This document shows positions 24,071 through 37,640 of a DNA stretch of 64,000 bases, piece by piece. Below the pieces are notes generated by a model. The model worked only from the letters and a program-made list of their open reading frames with translations. It was not told the DNA's origin and did no database searches. Position 1 is the first letter of the stretch, and every line of letters starts with the position of its first letter. The stretch is from Camelus dromedarius (lineage: Eukaryota), in assembly GCF_036321535.1 (NCBI RefSeq), contig NC_087437.1, forward strand, positions 9,922,001 through 9,986,000, written 5' to 3'. The position numbers and the translations under genes are program-made.

Positions 24071-24689
24071 GTGGCCCATCCCTTCCTCCAGACCCTAATT
24101 TAATTCTCGTCCTTATGAAGCCCTGCCAAATGCAACAGCATTCCAGATGATCCCTATGACTTCATTATTTTCTCTTCCTAAATCTATATTCCAAATTGTA
24201 GCCAACTGCATGTCTTATAGCCACCATGATGCAATCCTGCAGTCAAATCCTTCCTACCTTGCTGATCTTGGGTCTTTTACCCCCTTGATTCATGATTGAT
24301 CTGATTGATCTGTGCAGTAGTTGTGTGAGCTGACTCCTCAGAAGCAGCTCACAGGCTTCCGCTCTTTTTCCACTGGGGAACACTGGTCAGAGGATGGAGG
24401 ACTCTTTCCCCTCCCCCCAAGCCCCTGCCCAACCCCCTGCCTAATGACTCAGCAGCATCTTGGCAACAGCTGCTGTGTTCCCTCCCCAACAGATCAAGCT
24501 CAAACAGATCCAGTTTCCATCAATAATTCTGGGTTCTGAGGTTCGGTTACCTCACCACCCTCCTCTGTGCCCCTACCCTGGGGCACTCGTGACCCCCTAC
24601 TGTGATGAATGTCTGGACCATCTCACTGTTCCTTGTTCGGTTTTCAACTCCTCCATTATCAGCGGAGATTTTCCTCCTGAAGGAAACAC

Positions 24690-25510
24690 CTAAAGTCTAT
24701 TGTGTTTTCTTGGTTTAGACCCCAAGTGATGCTCTCCCCATAATCCACATTCTAATCATCTCACATTACTTCCAAGCCCCTTTAGAATTCAGCCCCATTT
24801 CCCTCTCCAACTTTATCCCCTGCGTCTTCCTGACCTTGAAAATGTGTGATAGAGAAAAGCCAAACCTTATTTGCTTCTTCTTCTTCTAAAAATCATTCCA
24901 TGGCTTCTCATCCTGAAAAGTGTCACCCCCACAACCATCACCACCCATGTTTGTTTTTCTCATCATCTTGAGAAAACTATTCACTCTTCAAAACTCTGCT
25001 TACCCCACTGTGAATCCATCTCTACACCTCAGTCAGACAGACAGAATTAATCAGGTCCTTTTCTTTAAGAACACATAGCTGCTGCTGTTCTGTGTAGTAC
25101 GGGGAGAGGGGGTGTTACAGCATTAACACTTAAGCACGCTGATGCTTCAGTCAGGTTTTCATTGGTTCAAATCCCAGCTCTTCTGCTAAGAGCTATACTA
25201 CCCTGGGAAAGTCACTTGACCCCTCTGAACTTCAGCTTCATCCTCACAAAATGTGGGAAATAGAGGTACCTACCCAAGGGGAGAGTTATCATCCTGTAAT
25301 GAGCTAATTAATGCATTTAACATTCTATAAAGGTACCTATTAGTATAACTTTGTGTTGTCTTCCACTTCCAGCTTAAATGCCTCTGCACATTTGATGAGT
25401 GTGTCTGTGAGCTCCTGGAGGATAAAGACCACAGCTTGTTGTTGTCTGTTTAGCAGCCCTATCGCTGAGTATTTTGCCTAGCGCCTAAGAAGTGTTCTAT
25501 AAATATGCGT
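24690..25510 (+). mobile_element. L2 fragments with a MIR at ~25120-25320
   Basis: ggttcaaatcccagctct...gggaaagtcacttgacccctctgaacttcagcttcatc (MIR); ctgtgagctcctggaggataaagacc (L2 end). Confidence 0.6.
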
Positions 25511-28500
25511 TAAAAAGTGCAAATCTGCTCCAACCGTGGCATGGGGTGGGGCAGGGAGATTGGAGGTCAGGAAGTATCCACGCCGCCCCTGCCCCTTCCA
25601 CTTGTCACAGCCCGTTAAGGGAGTTTACTTTCCTATTCTTACACATCCAGTCCCTCAGCTCCGAAAACATATAAATAGCAAGAAATCAAACAATATGCCT
25701 CATTTACCTCTCAGGGGCAGTGGACAAGTAGGAGATGCGCTATGTCTGTGAAACCTTCTCAACACAGGAACTGCACAGGAACTCCATTTACAAGACACAC
25801 TAGTCTCAGAAACTAAGGGAGGTTTTTGCTTTGTTTTGTTTTCCCCTTAAATGTTATCTGCAGGAAGCGAGAAATTCAGCAGGAGCTCTCATCCCTGGTG
25901 ATGCGCAGATGCGAAGGTGAGAACCAGGCTGAGCCCCTCAAGGCAAGAAGGTGATGCAACTAGCAGAGGCTGCATAAGGCAGATCACCTGGAGAGCGAGG
26001 AAGTGCAAGGGCCGCCCAGATGACCAGTTTCTAGAAGCATCTCCCCAGATCAATAAGCTGAATAGCAAGCTTCTCTCAGTACAAGACCCCACACTCTGTC
26101 ACGCTTTACAAGTTCCTCCTAGAATTGAGAACTAATAACCGAAAAATGTACATGCATAAAATTAGGGATGACCTTTCCCATGAATCAAAAATCTATATCC
26201 TTAAAATAGGTAGTATGTAATTCCTAAAGACTTTGAAGCAACAATTACAACAGAGGTATCGATTTGGTTGCCAAGATACCAGAGGTTCTTCAGGCTTAAC
26301 AACACAGGGAAAGAAATTATCCAAGTTAGAGTTAACATACCTAGGTGATGCCAGTTCTAAAAGGGAGCCCTGCCATTGCTGAAGCTAAGAGGAATCTCAG
26401 CCCTGTAGTTAGTTACTCTGTGGACCATGGGCCGGCTTCCTCCTTCCAACATGCTGTAATTCAGGGGCTGAAGTGCGAAGACAACTCATTAAGTTCTCTT
26501 GCTCCTAGCAAGAAAGAAGCAGAGTGTCGTGCTACTATAAATTAGGCTAAAAGTTGAGAGATTATAGATTAAAAGTACCTACATTCCTTCCCTTAAAGTT
26601 TTTGCACGTGATATACTTTGTAGAACTGAAGTTGATAATATTCACTGCAATTAGGAAGGAGGAAATGAATCAGCCAAGCCAGCGTAGGACTTCTACCAAC
26701 ACTACTGACCAGCGAGTTTCCCAGCATCAGTAAACTTCTACGGAAAATTAATTTCATGCTTGTCTGCTCTGGTAAAACCCCAAACTGCGTTGTTATAAAA
26801 AGAGGAAATTGAGATCGGCTGTGGGAATACCAAAAAGGGTTGATGCAGCTAAAAAGAATTGTCATGTTTGCATGTATTATTGCCTTGGGACCCACACACA
26901 CCTAGAACCTTGAGTAAAGTTGCCTTTCTGCCATGAGAGCTCAAAACTACAGCCCACATGAGTCCTCACAAAAATTCTGGAAAGATGTATGCATACCCCG
27001 AGTAAGTAAGCAATAAGAAGAATGATGATAATGATGATGAAATTATTAACCCATTTAAAGAACAGATGGATAAACTTTCTATGTGAGAAACAAGCTAATC
27101 ACTGGGCAATCTGTGTAATATGTACTGTACAGAGCTCCTACCTCTGTTCTCTGATATTTGTGTTTGCAAAGTCCAGGGTGCATTAATCTATGTTAGGGAG
27201 CTACATAACTTTTCAAATTCTGTAGAAAAAAATTTTTAGCAGAAACTAAACACATTGTTTTGTTTCTCTTAGGAAACAATTTGTCTCAAGGTGAAATTTC
27301 AAGAAAATTCACCTTCCAAGTGATTTCACAATTTTTTTCGTTATTATGCATTTGAAAACAGCTTGGGCATGACATACCACACCTTCTGCTCCTCTAAATA
27401 AGACCGAGGAACAGATGGCTACCGACCTTTATCTCCAATCACGTTCTGCCTGCCTGCATATTATCTTATTTGTAAAAATTAATCTTCTTACCTTCCAGTG
27501 TTTTCCAGATTGGAACAGTTGATTTAAGAGCCTATCAGTAATCAACATAATTATTAAAAGCTTGACACATAGGCATATATTCCCACAGATCCCTGTTTAG
27601 GAAATGAACTTTTGGTGTTTTTAACAATCAAAAACCCAAGTTGGAGACAGAAACGAATAAGTTATTTGCAGAAACAGTGTGCCCACCCTAAAATGCTCTG
27701 GTATATTATCAGACCAAATAGGCAAATCATTCAAATGTCAACACTGGAAAAACAATTTTCAGTGGTCTGGGTCATACAGAAAAAAATGACTGGTTGGAAA
27801 TAAAAAGCGCGATCCTCATTCTAAAGCATGTAATTATTAACTAGAAAAGGAAGGCACATATATATGAAAATCCTTTGTGATGTATACTACTTCTTTAGTA
27901 ATTAAGAATATATTTTATGAAAATAAAATTGATGGGCTTCACAGGAGACATGTCTAAGAACTTGAAGTTTATGTCTACATGCCTACAGGCCCACAAAGAC
28001 CTAGGGCAGGGTTAAGGCAATGGTAAGTCTGTGCTTACTTAACAGGTTACACGTTCTTTCACACACACTTTCTCATTTCATCCTCACCTCTCAAGTGGTA
28101 GATATTATATTCTGGCAGGTAGCAATTTATAAAACAAATATATATTAAAATATTTGCAGCGATAATCTATATACTTCAGAAGACATTTTCTTAGAACTGA
28201 AAAATCCAGAAATTACCTCAAATTGTACTTTGCACAAGAAGACCCAAGCATAGCGTGATGTCTTGCGAGAGAATACAAAATAATAGTATAATATCTGAAG
28301 AATGTGACTGGTTGAGATTTGTGTGATTGCTTGACAAATTTTGTCAACTAAGTTTTGTGGTCAGAAAAGCATCTTCTCCAGATTAACACTGTTTGGTAAT
28401 ATAAATGGCCACTGGAAGAGGAGTTAAATTTTTGTTCTCTCCATGCTGGTATATGTTTTATAAAACAATTAAGTCAAGTTAAAAGATGAATCTCTTTGGA

Positions 28501-29579
28501 AACAAAAGTCTTAATGTCACCTATACAACTTTTTGCGTAGCTGTTTATGATTTTTTTTAATGATGCATCATTATCCTGATATTTTCTACTGGAAAAGAAA
28601 GTAAATTTACAGGGTGAACATTGCTGTGGAAATTTAATCTCTTACCAATGTGTTTAGAGATTCAAGTCAGTATGATAGTTTACAAATCACATGAAAATGT
28701 TACTCAACTGTATGGGAGTCTGTTGGAAATTTTCTTTTGATCCCAGAAGTAATTAAAATAGTGTAAATGATCAGGTCAGGGTTCAGAATTCGACCTGCAT
28801 GAGTTTTCCTGAGACTCGACTACAAATATTCAGATACTCTTTGAAAAAGGAAATCGTCATTGTTCACCTATCTTGGCCTGTTAATAGCTTAAAGCAAAAC
28901 TCAACAATTTAAGCTGCAATTATAAAAAAAATAATGACACTAGTATTTCCGTAAAGAGTTACTGAAAAAAGAATACTGGTTCATCATTAAAAGTGCACAG
29001 TGGTATTGTCAAAATAATTAATATTTTTATGAGTAAATTTTGTTTAATGGCATTTCCAAAAAATCTGAAAGGGATGGGTCTTAGGAAATAACTTGACACA
29101 TTTTTATCCCCAAATAAAAAACATAGATTTGGTCTAATCTGCACCTAGATCCAGTCAGGTTAAGATGAACTTGACCAAGGCCAGCAGTTACACAATGTTA
29201 CCTCTAAGGCAAGAATTCTATTCCTTGATTCCCAGTCTATTTCTTTTTTACATCACACTTTGTCCCAACAAATCAGTATTTGTGGCTCCAAAATTTAGGA
29301 AATATGGATTCTAATTCCAGTTTCACATGGAAACCTGCTTATAGCACAGCTTGCTATTAAATAAATCCAGATATTATGTAAATTAAAATTAATCCCATCA
29401 ATATCCTTTCCCTAAAGAACAAAAAAAGTGTAAGCAGGGAAATCATTTTTATCCTAAACAGTTGTCTAGTGCCTTGAAAATGCCAGGATGATTCTAAATC
29501 TAAAAAGTAAACCATGGGAAAGGGAGAGAAGACATACAAGAGGTGGGAGGAAAAAAGAAAATCTTTAATAATGAATATA

Positions 29580-29830
29580 CAAACTAACATTGATTGAAAC
29601 TTTACCCCATTCCAGACACTTTGATAAATCCTTTACAAGGATTAATTTCCTTGGTTCTCACCATAACTGTATGAGGTCATTATTATTAATGTCCCTAGTT
29701 TTGCAAGTGGGAAAAATTTAGACTATGAAGATTTAAATAAAAGTGTGTACAAGTTAAGTAATTAGAAAGTAGTAGATACAGGGTCTGAATTCAAAGCTGC
29801 AGAGAGCCTAGGCTTAATCACCAGGCACTG
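29580..29830 (-). mobile_element. MIR
   Basis: taacattgattgaaacttta...ccagacact...tctcaccataactgtatgaggtcattattatt. Confidence 0.7.
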
Positions 29831-31214
29831 TTCCTTGCAAAACAAAATGGATTGCTGCAAACATAAAGATGATCCCATTACAAACCAGAGTGATTAGTTT
29901 ACCAACTAGAAATTATAGAAGGTTCAGAACCATTGCCACTGCCTGTCACAAGGTGGTCAACACGAAAACTTAGACACGTGGGAGATTAAAAAAAACCAAG
30001 AAATGCAGGCTCAGGGTGAAAGAAGTGAGAGAGACAGACTGAAACAGTGACAGGGCTAGAAGTAGCAGAGGTAGCAGGTTAAAAAGATCAGAAGTCTCAG
30101 AGAAGGTGAGCTTGAAGGGGACCTTAGCAGCACGGTCATGAGCTACAGACCCTGTAGCCAGAGAAACAGGGAGTGAAAATTCAGGAAAAAAGATAAAAAT
30201 TCTGCAGTGGAGTGATCCATGATGGGGAGGCAGGAAAAATGTAGATTGCTAGGAGGTTGGAGGATGAGGAGAGGGAGGGAGCACAGAGGGTGATATTTTA
30301 TTCCATTCATATGAGAGCAAATAGTGATGCTCAGAACTACAGAGTGACAGGTGTGGGCTGTGTCCTACCAGAAGATAAATTGGAAAAAGCACAGAAAATT
30401 GGCCCCCACAAAATGCATGAGCATGTGATTTTAATTTGAATTATTTGTCAGAATTTTATCATTAGATATATCCCATAAAAACCTAGATTGATGGTGGGTT
30501 TTTTTTTTTAAACTGTAATTTTTGGCGACCCTGGGCCTCTCTGGTCTCTTAGAATAAACACTATTCCTAGGTCAACACCAACACCAGTGCAAGCTTCTAA
30601 AACACATATTCTTTGTCATCCTCATACTTGAAATCATTCAAACTCCAAATTCTGGCGAGATGCTAAAAATCTTCGGTGGTCTGGCACTGTTGGCTTCTCT
30701 ATAGAGTTACTTCTGTCTGTTTCTCCATATGCAACTCCACAGAAAGGAATTACAAAGCCTCAAAAGCACAGAGCACTTTCTGCCCATGCACTTTTACACA
30801 GATTGTCCCTTTCATCCTGAACACTCCTTTCACTCTGTTGACCTAACTAACACTATCACATCCTTCAAGCTCAGAAATCACCTTCCCAAGGAATCCATTA
30901 ACCCAGTCTTGTGATTTTCCATGTCACAGCACTCATCTCACCTACAATTAGCGCCTGTCTGATCATTTTGCCCAAATTGTCCAAATCTTTATCTCCAACT
31001 CAAATTGCTTATTTGTTTTCCACTTATGTTCCATATCCGTATTCGTAACTTCTATGTTCATAGGTCCACCTTGTTTATTAAGATGTGCCTCAGTCACATA
31101 CAAGCTAAAACTCTTGTCCCCAAATATCTCCCAGGAACTGACCCAGCTCCTCCCCAGCTATTCCCTATTCTAATAAATGTCTCAGATGCTCAAGTGAGAG
31201 CAACCTGGGGGACA

Positions 31215-31643
31215 TTCTTGATGGCCTCCATGGTGACCATGAAAAAAGCACAGGTCACCAGTTACAGGGCTACAGGTGATGCACTCGAAATCCACCCCCC
31301 TGTTTGTGCTGAGCCCCTGATTCCCAAGAGCCACTGATGGTGAGCATCAGGGGTGCCATGGTAGAACCATTCTGGGAGATGAGAGACTTCAGGTGGCTAG
31401 GTTTAGCTTAGATTCCCCAGAAACTTTGCAGAAACTTCTCCAGACTGTAAGGTGATCTAAGACACCCCTACTTAACATTCTCCCTTCTTCACTGGGGGTC
31501 AGACTTGCATCATGTTCTGCTGGCTCTCCCACCTTTATCCAGCTCTGTCCTTATGTCCTCTTACATGGGTGCTTCATCCAATAAAATTCTTTCAGATTCA
31601 ATCCCATGCTTGCTACTGTCTCTTGGAATATCTGGACCCTATA
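31215..31643 (+). mobile_element. LTR16-like ERVL solo LTR inserted in an L2
   Basis: ggggtcagacttgcatcatgttctgctggctctccc...ccaataaaattc...aatcccatgcttgctactgtctcttggaatatctggac. Confidence 0.7.
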
Positions 31644-31756
31644 TTTTCCCTCTTATCTGAGTCCAGCTTATCTTTTTTCCTAAATGTGTCTTGAATTTAT
31701 TCTCATTGCCCTTAATATGGTAGACAAGTCCAAAGCCAGCTGCTTGTGTCTAGTTT

Positions 31757-33260
31757 GTTTTTTTTTTAATATAACAGCTTTACTGAGATATAATTAACAT
31801 ACAGTACTATTCATTCATCGATGAAGTGTCCAATCAATGATTTTTAGTATATTCACAAATTGTGCCACTATCACCACAATCAATTTTAGAACATTTTCTT
31901 CACCCAGTAAGAAAGCCCATACTCAGTTAGCAGTCACTTCCCATTTCTGCCTGGTACATTCAGCCCCAGGCAATTACTAATCTACTTTCTATTTCCATAG
32001 ATTTGCCTATTCTGGACATTTCATATAAATAGAATCATATGATATGTGGTCTTCTGTGATTAACTATTTTCATTTTGAATGTTGTCAAGGTTCACCTTTC
32101 TTGTAGCACATATCAATACTCTTATTTTTACTGCCAAATAATTTTTCATTACATAGATATGCTACATTTTACTTACTCATTCATAAATTGATGGAAATTT
32201 GGGTTGGTTCCATTTTGCGGCTGTTATGAATAATGCTGCTGTGAATATTCATGTTCAAGTTTTTATGTAGACATATCTTTTCATTTCTCTTGAATGTATA
32301 TGTAAAAGTTGAATGGGAATGTCCCGTGGTAACTCTTTGCCTCACCTTTTGAGGAGCTATTTTCTATGCTTGTTGCACAATATTACATTTGTACCAGCAG
32401 TGATAAGGGTTCTGATTTCCCATCTACTCCCCAATGGTTGTGACTGCAGGTCTTTTTGGTTATATTTATCTATTGAATATAAAGCAGTATCTCGTGATTT
32501 CAGTTTGCATTCTCTGGGTGGATAATGACATTGAGCATCTTTTCATGTGCTTATTGCTAATTGCGTATCTTCTTCGGAGAACTCTCTTATCAGGAGATCC
32601 TTTCCCATTTTTAAATTAGGGTTCTTTGTCTTTATATTGTTGAGTTGTCAGAGTTCTTTAAAGTTTTCTAGATATAAGTCACTATCAGATACATGATTTA
32701 TAATATTTTCTCTCATTCTGTTGGCTGTCTTTTCATTTTCTTGGTGGGGACTTTTAAGGAACAAAAGTTTTAAATTTTGATAAAGTCTGTCTTTTTCTTT
32801 GTTGTTTGTATTACTGTAGCTTTATGTTAAGTTCTAAAATCAGGAAGTGTGAATCCTCCAACTTTGTTCTTTAAAACAAGAAGGTTGTTTTGGCTATTCT
32901 GTGTCCCTTGAATTTCTATATGAATTGTGTTGAACCTTCAATTAATTTGAGAGGTATTACCATCTTAATAATATTAAGTCTCCCAATCCATAAATATGCA
33001 ATGTCTTTCCATTTATTTAGGCCTTCGTTAATTTCTTTCAACAATGTTTTCTAGTTTTTAGGATATTTTATGCTTTTTTAAATTAAATTTATTCCTAAAT
33101 ATTTTTGATGCTGCTAAATAAATGGAATTGTTTTCTTAATTTCATTTTTAATTGTTCAATGCTAATGTATAGAAATACACTTAATTTTTGTATAATAATC
33201 TTATATCCTGTAACCATCCTAAACTCATTTATTAGTTCTAATAAATTTTTAGTAATTTGG
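31757..33260 (-). mobile_element. Old L1MB-like element (3'UTR plus deleted ORF2) inserted in an L2
   Basis: polyT then acagctttactgagatataatt...atttgcctattctggacatttcatataaatagaatcat; ORF 33095-33364 [18 protein letters not shown] resembles ORF2 RT; L2 resumes at ~33265. Confidence 0.9.
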
Positions 33261-34756
33261 CCTAGATTATTGCAATAGCCTTTAACCTTGCCTATAGTTG
33301 TGTTTCTGTCCAGTCCATTGGTCAGTGTATCCAGTGATCTTTTAAAATATGTGTCTGAATTCATGGTGCCCCCCAGCTAGAATTCCTCAGTCACTTTCCA
33401 TTGACCTTAAGATAAAGTCTAAATTTTTCAATATGATTTATAAGCTTTGGATTCTTCACATAGTTTTTATGCACTAGCTTCTCTCTACCTTCCAGGCTTG
33501 CTCCTGCCTTCCCCTCCCCACACTCAATGCACCAGCCATACTGATTTTATTTCAGCACCACAAACACATCATGCTCTTTTTTCTTCAGGACTTCCAACAT
33601 GTTGTTCCCTCTATCCAGAGCATTAATTTTCCCTTCTCTTTACCTGCTATATCTTCTTATTTTCCACTCTGCTTAATTATAGTTTTCACTAGCCATCCAT
33701 TAGCCTTGAATAAGAAATCCTATTCCTATCCCATCACAAATCTTCTACCAAAGGAAGACCTTATTCTTTCTCATTTTCCTTTGTGTAGTTGTCTGTTTTC
33801 CATAGAAAAATTTTAACTCCATTGCTCAAATTACTCTGCTTTCATTGCTAAATTTTTCAACAAATATGGTAGGTATATGGGTGAATGAGACATTTGTGGG
33901 TTTTAGACTCATAGAATTTACTCTCTAAATATGTTAATTTAAACAATCGAAAAATGATTGCAAATTGATTAAACCTACAGAGAACATAGTTATAAGAACT
34001 GAAAACAAACTTTTTTTTTCTGTTTGGTTCATTGCTATATTTCTGGCACTGAGGATAGTCCTGTCATATCATACGAGTGCAATAAATATTCATTGATTGA
34101 ATAATATGGAACTCAGAAAGAAGCAAAGAACTGAGGAGACCAAGGAGATATTGTGAGAAACAGCAACAGAGAAACCAAAATATAGGAGAGGAGAAAAAGT
34201 CTGTTAGGGAATAAGGCATTTAGACTGAGCACTAAATGCTATTTAAAAAGGGAAGTTCTAACCAAAGAGAGTAGCATTTGCAAAATTCCGGGGAGATGAT
34301 GGATGGACAGATGATAGATGGATAGGAAGGCAGAGAGATAAAAAATAGCTATAGAAATGTTCTCTGCATTTATCAAGAGTGAATCACAAATGACTGGCCT
34401 TGAATCTTGGAATTTGGAGTAGGGCTTTAGAAACTACATAAGCCAAGTTTGACTTGTAGACGATGACAATGGGCTCCTACCCCCATCCCAATATTTAGGT
34501 CTATAAGTGTTAGCCAAATATGTCTTACTCTCCTGTGGCCTACAGTCCACCAGCGCCTCCCAGTGTATTGTGTAGCCCACACCACCCCCACTCCATTGGG
34601 GGACCAGATTCCATGTCCTGAAGCAGCTGTCATGTACCCATTTGAGGTCAGGATCTGGAGTCCCCTGTGACAGTGACCTATTCACCAAGTAATATCTAAT
34701 CATGTCTTTTCTGGTCTCAGCCAAGTCCTAATTGACCACACCCTTTGGACAATGTA

Positions 34757-34878
34757 TATCAACATCACCTGGGGGCTTGCTAAAAATGCAGATTCCGAGA
34801 ACTACTGAATCAGTATCTGCATTTTAAAAGAATTTCTCAAATGATGTGTGTGCACATTCAAGTTTGAGAAGCAATTGC
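34757..34878. mobile_element. MER5A fragment
   Basis: catcacctgggggcttgctaaaaatgcagattc...actgaatcag...agtttgagaagcaattg. Confidence 0.75.
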
Positions 34879-35747
34879 CCTAATTTGTCTCCTCCTTCAA
34901 ATTCCTTCTCTTGTTTTCAACATCCTAATTCTTTCCATGGGCAGGTCTATATAAGCACCAGAGTGGTTCATGTGGGACCTTTCTGAGTTTGGGCATTCCT
35001 GAGGATAATTTCTCTTTTTCTTTCATTTAAAAAGAAAAAAAAAAGTCTGTTGTCATGGTTGGTAGGGGTTGGGGTAGAGGAAGGAATTAATTCTGGGGTG
35101 TTGCTACAGCAAAAAAATAAACACTGTTTTGATAGCAATTTGAACAATCCATGTTAGTCTGGTTAGCAGTAATCCACATCTACAGCAAATGAGGAAGGGT
35201 TTTGTTAAAACTAAAAGGAGGTGGGGCCAGTATAACGTCTTCATAAGCTCTATAATAGAACGACTTTTAAGTACTACTTCAAGGCCTTTGGTCCATTCTA
35301 AGTTCACATGAGTTACTTAGGGGACTGTCTTTTTTAGAGAAGAACCTTCAAATGTATGTCCATCACATCACCATTATAATATATTTGCTATGCACCCTTC
35401 GTCTAGAAACGAGGTATCTGATAGGCTTGTGAGATTCTAGATAATCTCTTTGCTAACAGCATCTGCTGTAAGTAGGTTTTAAATACCACCAGGAAAACCC
35501 AAAACCTGCTATGAGCACAGACACCCATAGTGAAGAGCCAGGCCATCAGGAACTGGTATCAGGACCCGCCATGGTAGCCTCCTGTGCTCATCCATCAAAC
35601 TTGGAGCCCTGAAAGATTCAGGGGCAATTTAGTGAAAGGAGAGGTCAGATGAGTCACAGATACTTGATTCATTTCAACCACATATTATCTATCAAGACTA
35701 TGAACTCAAACACAACCCTGGTGCGAAGCTGAATCAAAGACACTGAA

Positions 35748-35990
35748 TTGGGAGTTCAAGATGGGCAGATACTAATTACTACATATAATACAGATAAACA
35801 ACCAGTTTCTACTGTACAGCACAGGGAACCATATTCAATATCTTGTAGTAACTTATGGTGAAAAAGAATATGAAAACAAATGTATGTATGTTCATGTCTG
35901 ACTGAAGCATTATGCTGTACACCAGAAATTGATGCAATGTTGTAAACTGACTATACTTCAGTAAATATATATATATATTCAAAAAAAAAC
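35748..35990 (+). mobile_element. Short 5'-truncated L1 3'UTR insertion
   Basis: Homologous to 16680-16890; (TA)n plus A tail; approximate TSD aagacactgaa/aagaccctaaa. Confidence 0.88.
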
Positions 35991-37184
35991 ATAAGACCCT
36001 AAAGATTTCATAAGCTCCATTCTTTGCAAAATAGCCTTCAGCCCCCTCCAATTCCTTCTTTCTGACCTTATCACCCCATACATAATAAAGTGGGAGGAAG
36101 TGATTTTTCAGATATTTGTCTTACCCAAGGGCTTTATCCTGTCCTTTGATTTCCATAATTTACACCACCAAGGAGTCTAGCCAGAATCCTCATCACTTCA
36201 GGTGATAAATCCAAAGTCTCAAGCTGCACAGATGGTATTATACGTACCAGTGGGGGAAGCACACACCTTTCCCCTTCCCCAATCGCATCCTTGTTCATAG
36301 GACACCAAAGCTGATGCTAAGTACCCTTTGAAGGGAACTTTGTGTGTGGAACATAATCTTTATAATCACAATGCTTAATTTCTCTTAAAATCATAAATAC
36401 ATTTTTTTTCTGAAATCCCCTAAGCTCAAATTACAAATTTTCCCATTTTACTCATAAATGTCATGATTGGGCAATTAAAATTAGCAATACTCATTTTCAC
36501 ATTTTTTCTTTGATTAATTTATAAAGCTGATAGTTTTATGTTCCCTAAACATTTATAATCATTATCATATTTAGTTAATTGAATTCCTTTAAATAACTTA
36601 AACATTAATCATAATTTCCCTAAGCAGTTAAAGCACCTACAATTTAAATCATGGTTTTCCTAAGGATTAAGAACACCTTAAGTAGCAGAAAAAAATCAGC
36701 ACAGATTATAAAATGTTTGCAAAAATTAATATAGTTATAAATGAATCAAATTTGGGCTCATTTATTTCTCATCTATATTTTTACTTCCATACTTTCACTG
36801 GGATTGTAAAATCACTTAATACTCAAGGAGAGTAGAACAAACAGTATTAATTTCAACCAAGTCTAATCAGTAGAAAATTCAAGACTAGGATACAATTACA
36901 AATCTGGGCTATAAATCAAAAAGCTGTAAATAGGATCCAGGGTACTTTCCAGGATAATTTCAGAAGAACTGGCATATGAGGGCTAGTGACCATAACTGGT
37001 TTTTCCAAGTCCACATTTTTTCCTTCAAAGATCCATCTTACACCCTCTGGATGTTCTTGTTTTTTTTTTTTTTTTTCTTTCATAATTATTAGTATGCATA
37101 ATGGTAATTTTAACAACTTAGTGTCACTCATTTTGACTCCCCAGGCCTTTTGTACTACAAATCAGTGTTACAACACTTTACATC

Positions 37185-37640
37185 TGGTAGTGACCATAGT
37201 TAGTTGCCTATCAACCACCCATTACACCTGCCCTCCTTTCTAATAGAATCTGATTTCTTTCAGGAATTCATCCCATGTAATCAGAGGAGTCTGCCCCCAT
37301 CCTTAGATTCAAGGGTATTTCCTAATGAATCTCAGTCAAGCCAAGAAGACCCCGAGAGGCTCTTGTTGGCCATCTGGAGGCAGGGATGTGGCCAACATGG
37401 TCCCAGACCGATTTAAGAGCAGGAATGACTGAGAGGTTCCCCTCCTACTTTCCGCAGGGAGCCGTCCTATGATCACTTAGGGTCATGAGACAGCCAGCCT
37501 TGTGAGGACGCCAACACAGTGCATCCAAATGACAAGAAAAGAACAACAGGCTTAGTATTATGGGTATTGGGGTTCAGCCCACCTCTGGATGGTCTTTTAT
37601 GTGAAATAGTATTATTTTTAAGTATTGAAGTATAATGGAA
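37185..37640 (+). mobile_element. MLT1-type MaLR LTR
   Basis: tggtagtgacc...cctttctaatagaatctgattt...gaggacgccaacaca...tggtcttttatgtgaaata. Confidence 0.55.
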
